Shown piece after piece: positions 18,466 through 27,047 of a stretch of DNA of 32,439 bases. Positions within the stretch are counted from its first letter, which is position 1; every line of letters begins with the position of its first letter. This DNA comes from an uncultured bacterium (GTDB taxonomy: Bacteria > JAJVIF01 > JAPKYR01). The stretch covers positions 1 to 32,439 of the forward strand of contig CBDURU010000028.1 in the NCBI GenBank assembly GCA_965369865.1. The letters run 5' to 3'. The position numbers were made by a program, and so were the translations under genes. The notes under the pieces are model-generated. The model was given only the letters and a program-made list of their open reading frames with translations. It did no database searches and was not told where the DNA came from.

Positions 18466-20298
18466 CTAGAATGCCTGGAAGAGCTGTTGTATAAATTCGA
18501 CGTTGGCACAAATAAGAATCGTGCCGACCAGAGTCATTACCATGAAAACCAGTTTGGCAAGATCCTGGCCCTTAAGTGAACCAACAAGCAAAGGCTCACG
18601 ACTAAGGTACGCACTGGCGGCATACAGCTCCTCTCCAATTAATGTGTAATCGCACGCAGTAATAAAGAACGGTAACTGCGCCTGAGCGTCAGTCCCGGCA
18701 ATCTGGATCGCCCCAGTGGAAGCGCCGGTTTCAGCAAGCAGCAAGCTTTCAGCGTAAAACATTCCCATCAAGAAAATCGTCGCGGGTTTTTCACGAACCA
18801 TAATTCCGTTGACCGCTGCCGCGTATGCGAACTGGTCATCGGTGATAAAGAAGCAGTCGTCTTTGTTGTAAGCATCAGGCCGTCCTGCGTCAACATAGGC
18901 TTCCTGCAGGACTTCCTGGCATACCGCCATAATAATCGGATCACGATGAGGGTTAATCAGACGACTATCGTAATCAGCGACCTTTCTCGCGACCTGTCCG
19001 AGAATATTGATACTCGCAATTGTCGCGATATCCGAAATGTAGCCAAGACCGGTTGTGTACAGTATCGGGCGTCCCATCTCTGTTGCACGGCCAATAGCTT
19101 CCTCGACATGGTCCAATCCTGCGATACGCCTTAAGTACAGGCTGGCACCCCTCCTGGCCATGAAAATATAACCCATAACCGCCAGCAAGATCATGAGTGC
19201 CCACAAGAAGTTGTTTGTGCGTGACCAGTTCCAGCCGTTTTGACGGGCGATTACCGGACCAACCATATTTCCGATTCCCCATTCAGCGGGCGGCAGGTCA
19301 GTGCCCTCGGGGAGCTCATAACCGGTCGGAACCGCATAAAGCAGAAAATAATGGGGGTCACGGTTATCCGGCCTGTCTGATTCAGAACCAGATCCGTTAA
19401 TAGCTTCAGCTACATCATCGCCTATTGGCATACATGCCAGAACGACAGATGAAATTCCTGAAACATTGGCTGTGAACTGGATCCAGGATGACTTTGTTAT
19501 AGAGGTTTTTTCCGGTGACCATGGTGCGGTTGCTGTGTATACATTGGCCCAAGGTTCATCGCCCGACGCTTCTTCATCATAGTGAAGCTGGACCTTCTCA
19601 CCACCAATCGGGGCAAGCTGGCAAAATACCATGACGCCGGAATAATCCGTCAATCCCTCATCGTAGACACTCACAGTCATCACTACCTGAGAAGGATCTT
19701 CTTCATCAGTGACTATTAAGTAGTCATAAATACCTCTGGCGGGATAGGTGTTAGTATTTTCAATGTAATGTTCGTCTGCCCCCTTGTTGTTTTCTGACAG
19801 TAACATCCCAAATTTCTGCGGAACTTCCCAAATGTAGGATGAATCAGATGCAATCGATCCGGCTTGTCCCCACGATCCGTCTTCACCGGTACCTGATTCG
19901 AATGCCCAGTATTCATAATCCGGGGAATCAGAATCCGATCGTGCAAACAGGAGGTTAAATGCACCGCCTTCATCATTAGCGCGATCCTCGACCCTGAATT
20001 CACCTTGTGTCTGGAAGTTCCATTCATAGACTGGCTCCGGTTCTTCAATTTCAGGAATTTCCAGAGGAACTTCATCACCAGTAGTAGTCCCATCAGCCGT
20101 GCCGCTCAGGTCGATAGAAACCGGTTCATCTGTAACAGCATCTTCGGTTTCAACGACCGTGGTTTCGGATTCATCAGCTTCCGCATCGCCGGGTGCTTCT
20201 GCGTCCTGCGCCATCACAATTACAGGCAGCAGCAGAAGCAACAGGAAAAACACCATGGCGAGCCATTTTAAACTGCCATTCCTGGGAATTTTTTTCAT
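18466..20298 (-). CDS. Signal-peptide membrane protein with acidic extracellular region and C-terminal DUF6754-like domain
   Basis: AGGAG RBS with ATG at 20298. Signal peptide ending VMA|QD, a D/E-rich linker, a TM helix near residue 370, then 'LRRIAGLDHVEEAIGRATEMGRP...FFITACDYTLIGEELYAASAYLS'. The DUF name is recalled from memory. Confidence 0.75.
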   Translation of the reverse strand: MKKIPRNGSLKWLAMVFFLLLLLLPVIVMAQDAEAPGDAEADESETTVVETEDAVTDEPVSIDLSGTADGTTTGDEVPLEIPEIEEPEPVYEWNFQTQGEFRVEDRANDEGGAFNLLFARSDSDSPDYEYWAFESGTGEDGSWGQAGSIASDSSYIWEVPQKFGMLLSENNKGADEHYIENTNTYPARGIYDYLIVTDEEDPSQVVMTVSVYDEGLTDYSGVMVFCQLAPIGGEKVQLHYDEEASGDEPWANVYTATAPWSPEKTSITKSSWIQFTANVSGISSVVLACMPIGDDVAEAINGSGSESDRPDNRDPHYFLLYAVPTGYELPEGTDLPPAEWGIGNMVGPVIARQNGWNWSRTNNFLWALMILLAVMGYIFMARRGASLYLRRIAGLDHVEEAIGRATEMGRPILYTTGLGYISDIATIASINILGQVARKVADYDSRLINPHRDPIIMAVCQEVLQEAYVDAGRPDAYNKDDCFFITDDQFAYAAAVNGIMVREKPATIFLMGMFYAESLLLAETGASTGAIQIAGTDAQAQLPFFITACDYTLIGEELYAASAYLSREPLLVGSLKGQDLAKLVFMVMTLVGTILICANVEFIQQLFQAF

Positions 20299-20388
20299 GT
20301 GCACTCCTTTTTTATTCGCTGGTTAAACCCAACGAGAAAGTGTGTACTTGTATGTGAAAAACCAGCGGTTCCTGTCGCCGGTTTGTAA

Positions 20389-21528
20389 TTAGTCCTCGAT
20401 AATCTCCACGTTCGCACGCGGGACAACGAAATCGGTGCCGTCGGCAAGGGTAACTTCCATAACACGGACCTTTGTCTCCGATTCCATTTTCATCAACTCT
20501 GGAATGAGTCTCTTAACCTTACCGAGTTTCCCGAAGTTCGGTTCGCGAATGATCCTCACCGGGTCGCCGCCCTTTACCCCGTCTTTTGCCTCAACCTTCG
20601 ATTCTACTTCCGAGGCCAGTTGCTCTTTTGTCAGGGGGACAATAATTTCCGGACGTATTACCCCGGCACGAATCTGGGTCGCGCCTGAGATCGACGCTTT
20701 GAAACCTTCACGTTCTTTCAGGAGATTAAATGTGCGGTGGGCCATGTCGATCCGTCCGAATCCCTCCGTGATTATTATAGTCACCCCGAGGTTTTCATGG
20801 CCGGTAATCGCGACACCAAGGTCGTATCCAAGCAGCTCTTTCAGATCACGGTCGGACATCCCGGCTGCGATAATACCCGCGACACCGATCTCGATAGCCT
20901 TCCTGATGGTCTGGATTCCGACATAAGAACCCCCGATCACAACTTTGCCCTTGTGTTCCGGTTTGATATTTTCCGGCTTCAGTTCCTTGGACGGTCCATC
21001 GACCGCAACGGCAATTACACCGTTGGTCTCTCCACCCACACCGAAAATTCCCTGGATGAAGGTCGCGGTTGTCCTGACTTTCACGCCTTCTTCCGGAATA
21101 ACCTCGACAACCTTTCCCTCGATATATGCCTTTACGGTTACCGGCAGTGGTGGTTCGCGAAGGTAAACCTGGCCGGTTACCGGATTTGCCTTTTCTACAA
21201 CCCCATCTATTGGCGATTTAACCTTGCCAGCCAGGAATTTCAAAAATGGCAGTAATGGGATTCCCTCCGCGATAACTTCGTCCTTTTCCACCTTTTCCCC
21301 CGGACCTTTAACCATTAGGTCCGGCACTTCATCCGCCTCACATCCAAGCTGGCCTATGACGTTAACAATCGTGACGGAGCCAGGAAGCTCTGTTTGCGCG
21401 ACAATTGTCTCGGCATTAACATGATCGCCGACCTTGACATCAACATCTCCCTTGAGCGGGAGGATACGCTCTTTTGTAATTTCAGCCTGTTTTGTAACTC
21501 GTAGTCCGGGAGCATACGCGTGTGCCAT
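20389..21528 (-). CDS. Soluble protein with RnfC/NqrA-N-like barrel-sandwich hybrid motifs and C-terminal KOW/SH3-like domain
   Basis: Hybrid motifs 'VKVGDHVNAETIVA', 'GEKVEKDEVIA...VKSPIDGVV' and 'KAYIEGKVVEV'. C-terminal 'GDPVRIIREPNFGKLGKV'. Starts 2 nt after the GlmL stop. Confidence 0.75.
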   Translation of the reverse strand: MAHAYAPGLRVTKQAEITKERILPLKGDVDVKVGDHVNAETIVAQTELPGSVTIVNVIGQLGCEADEVPDLMVKGPGEKVEKDEVIAEGIPLLPFLKFLAGKVKSPIDGVVEKANPVTGQVYLREPPLPVTVKAYIEGKVVEVIPEEGVKVRTTATFIQGIFGVGGETNGVIAVAVDGPSKELKPENIKPEHKGKVVIGGSYVGIQTIRKAIEIGVAGIIAAGMSDRDLKELLGYDLGVAITGHENLGVTIIITEGFGRIDMAHRTFNLLKEREGFKASISGATQIRAGVIRPEIIVPLTKEQLASEVESKVEAKDGVKGGDPVRIIREPNFGKLGKVKRLIPELMKMESETKVRVMEVTLADGTDFVVPRANVEIIED

Positions 21529-21530
21529 GA

Positions 21531-23381
21531 TTATGTACCCCCCTTTCTTTCCGGGTAAGCGTCGAAGGCTTTAGACCATCTTTCGAGTTGTCTCACCCTT
21601 TCCTGGAGGTCCGGATGGAACTTCAACTGCCGCCCCCTGGCGTCAAGTACAATACCGACCATGCCGCCATATATTTCCCCCTTCACAGTTTTACCTCGTC
21701 CATAGCCCATATCGAGGCTCCGCGACGGGTGTATGGTCGCGGTACCCTTAAGTGGAATCCCCTGTTCATTAAGACCGTAGGGAATCAATTTGATCTCACC
21801 GAACTGCATCTCGCCCTCATGGGTTTCGCCGGTGTCAAGGTCAAGTTTATAGGTGAATGCCCGGTTCCCGAATTTTATTTCACCCCTGGGGGCGAAACAG
21901 GTCCCGAGGTAGACGATACAGTCCTTTTTGAAGACTTCAGTAGCAGCCTTCTCGTGAACTTCGGTTAAAACCCCGAGATGGGGCATCATGAAGATCGAGT
22001 CCACCGCCAGGCGGGTGGTGCCCTCAGGCTGAAACGCGTCGATAAGCATCATCATCGATTGTGCACGCCTCGGTGCGTGGCTCATTACGCCGCCGGAACC
22101 AACCAGCAGGTCGAGTTCCATCATCTTGATGAGTGTTCCACCGCTGGATTCCTGGTCGAAAGCATCCGCGATATCCCTCTGTTGCTGGATTCCCTTGAGG
22201 CCCACCGCGAGTAATTTATGCTGCTCGAACGCAAGCCTCAAAGCCTCGCGCGCAAGTCCCTGCTCGATTATCAGTTCGTCCAGGAGATGTGGGATCGTTG
22301 TTGGACGGATCATCTTGTTCTTGATCCGGTTGCGAAGGTCTTCCTCGTCAATATCGAACGACGCCCATCGCATGACGTTGTCCAGACCGGCTTCTGCCAT
22401 TACATTCGATACCGAATAACTCATACCGAGGTTCGCGGACACCGATCGGTTGAAAATCTTCTCCCCATCCACCGTGAAGTTGCTGAATACGTCGGTGGTC
22501 GCCCCTCCGATATCAACGCCGATTACATTGATCCCTTCCTGTTCGGCAATCGTTCGAATTATCAACCCGACCGCGGCGGGAGTAGGCATTATCGGCGCCG
22601 AAGCCCATTCCATCAGCTTGTTATAACCCGGCGCCTGGGCCATGACATGTTCCTCGAACAAATCCTGTATTTTCTTGCGTGCTTCCCACGGATTTTCTTC
22701 CTCGAGTGTCGGACGGATATTCGAGGTAATGGTCAGCGCGAATTTTTCGCCCAGATTTTCCTTAATGATTGGGATCGCTTCCTGGTTGCCGGAAAAAATT
22801 ATTGGCAATTTGTAGGAAATCCCGAGACGAGGCTTTGGGTCGGCTGCCACGATCTGGTCGGCGATATCGACAACCTTCGCGACATCCCCGCCATCGGTAC
22901 CGCCGGCAAGGAGGATCATGTCCGGACGAAGCCGTCGAATCAGCTCGATCCTTTCGTGCGGAAGCCGCTTATCGTTGATCGCGAGCACGTCCATAACGAT
23001 CGCGCCGGCTCCAAGGGCCGCGCGTTCTGCCGATTCGGCGGTCATCTGCTTGACCACCCCGGCAACCATCATCTGAAGCCCCCCGCCGGCGGATGATGTC
23101 GAGATATAAACATCGCAGCCGGAGCCGTCTCCATTCGACGGATGGATTATTTTTTCGCCATCGAGGAATTTCCTTCCGGAAAGGTCCTCGATTTCACTTA
23201 TAGAGTTGAGGACGCCCTTGGTAACATCCTCGAACGGGGCCTCGACAGTCGTCGGAGCTTCTCCACGGAAGGTCTGGCGGTACTCGTCGCCGATCTTCTC
23301 GATCAAAATTGCTTTTGTCGTTGTTGAACCACAGTCTGTGGCCATGATTACTTTAAGGTTCGGGTCATTCTTTTGAAACAT
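21531..23381 (-). CDS. glmL: Glutamate mutase L (GlmL)-family ASKHA (actin-like) ATPase, long form
   Basis: Phosphate-1 motif TDCGSTTTK, SSAGGGLQM, LLAGGTDGG, MPTP, phosphate-2 motif VDIGGATTDV, and adenosine motif VGSGGV. The symbol denotes the family only. Confidence 0.85.
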   Translation of the reverse strand: MFQKNDPNLKVIMATDCGSTTTKAILIEKIGDEYRQTFRGEAPTTVEAPFEDVTKGVLNSISEIEDLSGRKFLDGEKIIHPSNGDGSGCDVYISTSSAGGGLQMMVAGVVKQMTAESAERAALGAGAIVMDVLAINDKRLPHERIELIRRLRPDMILLAGGTDGGDVAKVVDIADQIVAADPKPRLGISYKLPIIFSGNQEAIPIIKENLGEKFALTITSNIRPTLEEENPWEARKKIQDLFEEHVMAQAPGYNKLMEWASAPIMPTPAAVGLIIRTIAEQEGINVIGVDIGGATTDVFSNFTVDGEKIFNRSVSANLGMSYSVSNVMAEAGLDNVMRWASFDIDEEDLRNRIKNKMIRPTTIPHLLDELIIEQGLAREALRLAFEQHKLLAVGLKGIQQQRDIADAFDQESSGGTLIKMMELDLLVGSGGVMSHAPRRAQSMMMLIDAFQPEGTTRLAVDSIFMMPHLGVLTEVHEKAATEVFKKDCIVYLGTCFAPRGEIKFGNRAFTYKLDLDTGETHEGEMQFGEIKLIPYGLNEQGIPLKGTATIHPSRSLDMGYGRGKTVKGEIYGGMVGIVLDARGRQLKFHPDLQERVRQLERWSKAFDAYPERKGGT

Positions 23382-23396
23382 TTAGCTACTTGCCTT

Positions 23397-23783
23397 TTAT
23401 AGGCTTTCATCAATGTAAGCCTCGAGAAACCCAACTAGTTTTTCGATCGAGGTGCGTTTTTCTAATGTTCGCACAAGACGTTCATGCGTGGCTTTCGGAC
23501 CCATGAACCGTTTTAGAAAAGTTTCCACCGGTTTCAGGGTCAGGGCGAATTCGGTCATCTGCAGGAGGTTAGCTCCTACAGTATTCAAGGGCTGGTGAAA
23601 AAGGAGAAAAGGGATAGCGGCAGCGGATAATTTGCGTTTATGGATTCTCTTCGCAACATCCCTGAGAAGCTCGATTTCATCCTCGAGGAGCTGATCCGAT
23701 TTCCCTCCGACAGCGAAGGCGTGACGAAGCTTGTCCTTTAAGCTTCCTTGAGATTGAATAACTTTTTCCTCGTTTGATGCCAT
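23397..23783 (-). CDS. Hypothetical protein (128 aa), GlmL-associated operon
   Basis: The ATG lies 2 nt after the upstream stop and the gene ends 15 nt before glmL. Helical-looking sequence. Confidence 0.7.
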   Translation of the reverse strand: MASNEEKVIQSQGSLKDKLRHAFAVGGKSDQLLEDEIELLRDVAKRIHKRKLSAAAIPFLLFHQPLNTVGANLLQMTEFALTLKPVETFLKRFMGPKATHERLVRTLEKRTSIEKLVGFLEAYIDESL

Positions 23784-23785
23784 TT

Positions 23786-24298
23786 TCAAGTCTTTGATTC
23801 CGGTTGTTCTTGATTGGCTTCGATGTCGGCTTTCTGAATTTTTATAATATGACGACCAAGGAAACCGATTACATCCTTGCGATTTCCTTTATCGAAACGT
23901 ATGTAATTTCCCCTGAATGAATCGAGTGCTGTCAGTTTCCTGAAAGGCGACAGATGTACTCCATCCTCATGGGGATAAAATGCCTTATATTCTTCCCAAC
24001 CCTTGAAGGTCCGAACTCCAAGGAAAATAACTTCGAGTCCCTCACCGTTCATAAAGTAACGCGTCGGAAATATATACGGCGCCATCGCAACAACCAGGAA
24101 CACGAAACCGATAATAGCCAGCCCACCATAGCCCGTCCAAGACCAGACACCATAACAGGTAGCGATAATAATCGCCACAAGCAGCAAAGAACGCCACGCA
24201 TTCTCGGTCAGCGGGTGAACCCGCCACCGGATATCCCCTTCAGTTTCCAGCGGATTCTCCGAAGCCATAGCGGGTGTCACCAGGGTATACAACATCAC
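23786..24298 (-). CDS. Hypothetical membrane protein (2 TM plus small soluble domain), first gene of operon
   Basis: 'WRVHP', two TM helices, then 'FPTRY...W...GVHLSPF...LDSFRG'. The start is uncertain (24298, 24295 or 24268). Confidence 0.7.
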   Translation of the reverse strand: MMLYTLVTPAMASENPLETEGDIRWRVHPLTENAWRSLLLVAIIIATCYGVWSWTGYGGLAIIGFVFLVVAMAPYIFPTRYFMNGEGLEVIFLGVRTFKGWEEYKAFYPHEDGVHLSPFRKLTALDSFRGNYIRFDKGNRKDVIGFLGRHIIKIQKADIEANQEQPESKT

Positions 24299-24584
24299 TT
24301 CTCATGGCTATTTGCCATAGAACCCGGCAAACTTATCATAATTGGCTAATCCGGGCAAGTATCCGACAGTTTATATTGCAAGGTTTTATATTAATGAATT
24401 CATCAATGCTCATTCCGCACCTTAAACCACGCCTTCGACAGTCGTTAACTACCCAGGTTCCATATTTTCCAAGAGACGATGGAAACTACATTATTTTCAT
24501 GAAGCCCCTTAAGATGAGCATCCAAAAGGTCTATAATCCCCTGACATCCCGGCATTTTAACTTTCAAGCAACCGGCCATTAAAT

Positions 24585-26030
24585 ATGCGAATCTCCAGAC
24601 CCATAGCCAACGCCCTGAGACTCTCAATTATTGAGGGTTCGCTGTTCGGGGTTTACTGGAACATCATGCTGATCATAGTGGTAAACGGTCTCGCGGTCGT
24701 GTTAGGCGCAAATACATTCCAGTTCGCGGTTCTCAACAGCCTGCCCCTCCTGAGCCAGGTTTTCGGCCTTCCCGCCGCGAATATCATGCAGACGAAAGAT
24801 GTCAGGAAACCCCTGACTTTGTGGGCTGAAGGCATAAGCCGCACGTCGTGGCTGCTACTCCTGTTTGTAGTCATTCTCCCGGAAGACCAGAACCTGAAAA
24901 TCTGGTTTGTCATAGGAGTGACGGCACTCAGCAACATAACTCATTCATGGGGGGTCCTCGGATGGTTATCCTGGGTATCCGATCTTGTCCCGGAGGAAAT
25001 CAGGGGGATTTATTTCGGTGCACGTAACGCGATCTGCGGCCTGATCGGACTGATCGGCCTGACATTCGCAAGCAGTTACGCGGATAAATCCAGGGATTTG
25101 TTCGAATTCTGGGCCGGACGACTCGATTCAGGGGATGTTGTGGTTCCTGTCAGTGAAACTGTCCGGAATTTCACAAGCGCCAGGTCGGACTATATCGACA
25201 TAATCCTGGTCCTGACACTGATATCGTTCCTGTTCGCGATGCTATCCCAGATCGGGCTTTACATACAGCCCGTCCGACGGATGAAAAACATGGTCAAGAC
25301 CGGCTGGAAAGCGATCTGGGAAACCCTCAACGAACCAAACGCGAGGAAAATCGCAATCACATGGGTCGCGATTTCAATTTCCGCCGGGGTCACTACCGGG
25401 ATGTACATGCAATTTTTTATAAATAAGCTCCACATGTCATGGACCGGGATCGCCGTATATATCTGGATCGTAACAGTGGTTTCTATGGGAATTTCACCGG
25501 TTATGGGACGGCTTTCCGACAGGTTCGGATACCGGAACGTCCTGATCTGGTCGTGGCTCGGTGTTTTCTGGCAGCCTTTGCTATCGGTGTTTACACCAAA
25601 CGACATGCCGCATATTAACAATTGGATGCCGTACACGATTTTCATCGACGCGATCGCGTTCGGAATTTTCTGGCCTGCCGTCAGCGTGACATTGAATAAC
25701 CTCGTAATCGCACAGGCGCCGAGTGAACGAAGGGCAGGGTTGTTTGGAGCTTTAACTGCTTTGGGTGGTTTTTTTGGTTTTATTGCGGCGGCAACAGCGG
25801 GTAAAATTTCAGAGATCATTGGCCCTGACACAACTTTCTTCTGGGTTGGCATCAGGCTGGACGATTTGCGTGTCATGCTTCTGATAGGAGCAATTTTAAG
25901 ATTCTTCGCGGGATTGCTGATCCTGACAATCAAGGAACCACCCAGGCAGAAGGAGCAGGTGACCGGCTCGGAAGCGTTCACGGTAATCTGGAAACTCCTG
26001 ACCGGAAAACCTGTAGGGAGGATCAGGTAG
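24585..26030 (+). CDS. MFS transporter
   Basis: About 12 TM helices. Motif-A-like GRLSDRFGYRNVL, plus 'SDLVPEEIRGIYFGARN' and 'APSERRAGLFG'. Confidence 0.85.
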   Translation: MRISRPIANALRLSIIEGSLFGVYWNIMLIIVVNGLAVVLGANTFQFAVLNSLPLLSQVFGLPAANIMQTKDVRKPLTLWAEGISRTSWLLLLFVVILPEDQNLKIWFVIGVTALSNITHSWGVLGWLSWVSDLVPEEIRGIYFGARNAICGLIGLIGLTFASSYADKSRDLFEFWAGRLDSGDVVVPVSETVRNFTSARSDYIDIILVLTLISFLFAMLSQIGLYIQPVRRMKNMVKTGWKAIWETLNEPNARKIAITWVAISISAGVTTGMYMQFFINKLHMSWTGIAVYIWIVTVVSMGISPVMGRLSDRFGYRNVLIWSWLGVFWQPLLSVFTPNDMPHINNWMPYTIFIDAIAFGIFWPAVSVTLNNLVIAQAPSERRAGLFGALTALGGFFGFIAAATAGKISEIIGPDTTFFWVGIRLDDLRVMLLIGAILRFFAGLLILTIKEPPRQKEQVTGSEAFTVIWKLLTGKPVGRIR

Positions 26031-26036
26031 TCGGAT

Positions 26037-26066
26037 GAATTAGGGGACTGGCAATCAGATTTACCG
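26037..26066. repeat. Solo arm of the GGGGACTGGCA repeat family
   Basis: 28/30 identical to the reverse complement of 1756-1785. Confidence 0.75.
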
Positions 26067-26123
26067 CTAATACAAATGTCACGCTCCCTGCAAACCACCA
26101 TATGCATGGGGTATGTCGTGGAA

Positions 26124-26132
26124 TGGTATAAT
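26124..26132 (+). promoter_or_regulatory. Extended -10 promoter TGgTATAAT, 8 nt upstream of the ATG (leaderless-type)
   Basis: Consensus extended -10 with no Shine-Dalgarno sequence before the ATG at 26141. Confidence 0.55.
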
Positions 26133-26140
26133 CATTACTG

Positions 26141-26965
26141 ATGTTAAAACTCATCAGTTGGAATATTGCCCATCGTCAGAAAGCATGGCATAGCCTTCTC
26201 GATACTGACGCTGATGTCGCATTATTACAGGAAGCAGCTGAACCTCCAGCAGATGTTAGAAGTAGAATTGAAGTTAATCCCGCCCCTTGGGTTACTGGTG
26301 GGGCTGGACTTAATAGACCGTGGCGAACGGCTATCGCCAAGCTATCAAATCAAGTTAAAGTAGAATGGGTCGATCAGAAATCGGTTGACGTTGCGAAACC
26401 GGGTGAGCTTGCAGTAAGTCGAGCTGGGACCATTACAGTTGCGATTCTGCAATTACCTTCCGGGGACCCTCTTACCGTGGTGTCGATGTACGCCGTCTGG
26501 GAAAACCCGCATGTATCCACAGGTAGTAATTGGATCTACGCAGATGCTTCTGTTCACCGTTTAATATCTGACCTCTCGTCGCTAATTGGTCAGCAAACCG
26601 GACACCGCATCGTTGCAGCAGGGGACCTCAATGTTCTATACGGGTATGGTGAGTACGGAAACAGTTACTGGGCATCACGATACGAAACAGTATTTTCCCG
26701 GATGTCAGCGTTGGGATTGTCGTTCGTGGGTCCCCAGGCACCTGCTGGGCGTTGTGCAGATCCATGGCCAGAAGAACTCCCTCGTATGAGTAAAAATGTC
26801 CCTACCTACCACACAAATCGGCAAACACCAGCTACCGCGACCCGGCAACTTGATTTTGTATTCGCTTCCTATGACTTGGTTGATCAGGTTAATGTGTCTG
26901 CATTGAATGAGCCTGACGGATGGGGTCCAAGCGACCACTGTCAGGTTGAGATTCAGGTACAATAA
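26141..26965 (+). CDS. Endonuclease/exonuclease/phosphatase (EEP) family protein
   Basis: Motifs LISWNI, LLQEA, AAGDLN, LDFVFAS and SDH. Confidence 0.88.
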   Translation: MLKLISWNIAHRQKAWHSLLDTDADVALLQEAAEPPADVRSRIEVNPAPWVTGGAGLNRPWRTAIAKLSNQVKVEWVDQKSVDVAKPGELAVSRAGTITVAILQLPSGDPLTVVSMYAVWENPHVSTGSNWIYADASVHRLISDLSSLIGQQTGHRIVAAGDLNVLYGYGEYGNSYWASRYETVFSRMSALGLSFVGPQAPAGRCADPWPEELPRMSKNVPTYHTNRQTPATATRQLDFVFASYDLVDQVNVSALNEPDGWGPSDHCQVEIQVQ

Positions 26966-27047
26966 TCCTTTCCTTACAGTTGTCAATATGTGATAGATAA
27001 AAGTAAGGAGGATCAGGTAGTGCGAATATGATTTATATCTGATTCGG

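Larger units (their letters stand above)
26032..27021. mobile_element. Putative inserted 990-bp cassette flanked by a 19-bp direct repeat of the MFS 3' end
   Basis: GTAGGGAGGATCAGGTAGT (26013-26031) versus GTAAGGAGGATCAGGTAGT (27003-27021), 18/19 identical. Confidence 0.55.

Noticed and set aside
20476..20499. ELMKMESE resembling the biotinylation motif EAMKMENE
   Set aside because: It lies in the C-terminal KOW-like domain, not in the hairpin of the barrel-sandwich motifs, and lacks the following 'APxxGxV'. Probably coincidental unless the Lys proves conserved in homologs.
22218..23096. Long antisense ORFs (also 2234-3031, 3767-4390, 25259-26107, 30707-31249)
   Set aside because: They are shadows of well-supported genes on the opposite strand, with no recognisable motifs.
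21531..23381. DNA mismatch repair MutL, or a functional glutamate fermentation locus
   Set aside because: The motifs are ASKHA-type, not GHKL-type, and only the historical name mutL is shared. No glmS/glmE or methylaspartate ammonia-lyase gene is in the window.
26032..27021. Integron gene cassette
   Set aside because: No RYYYAAC...GTTRRRY attC structure was found after the stop codon, and no intI gene is present.
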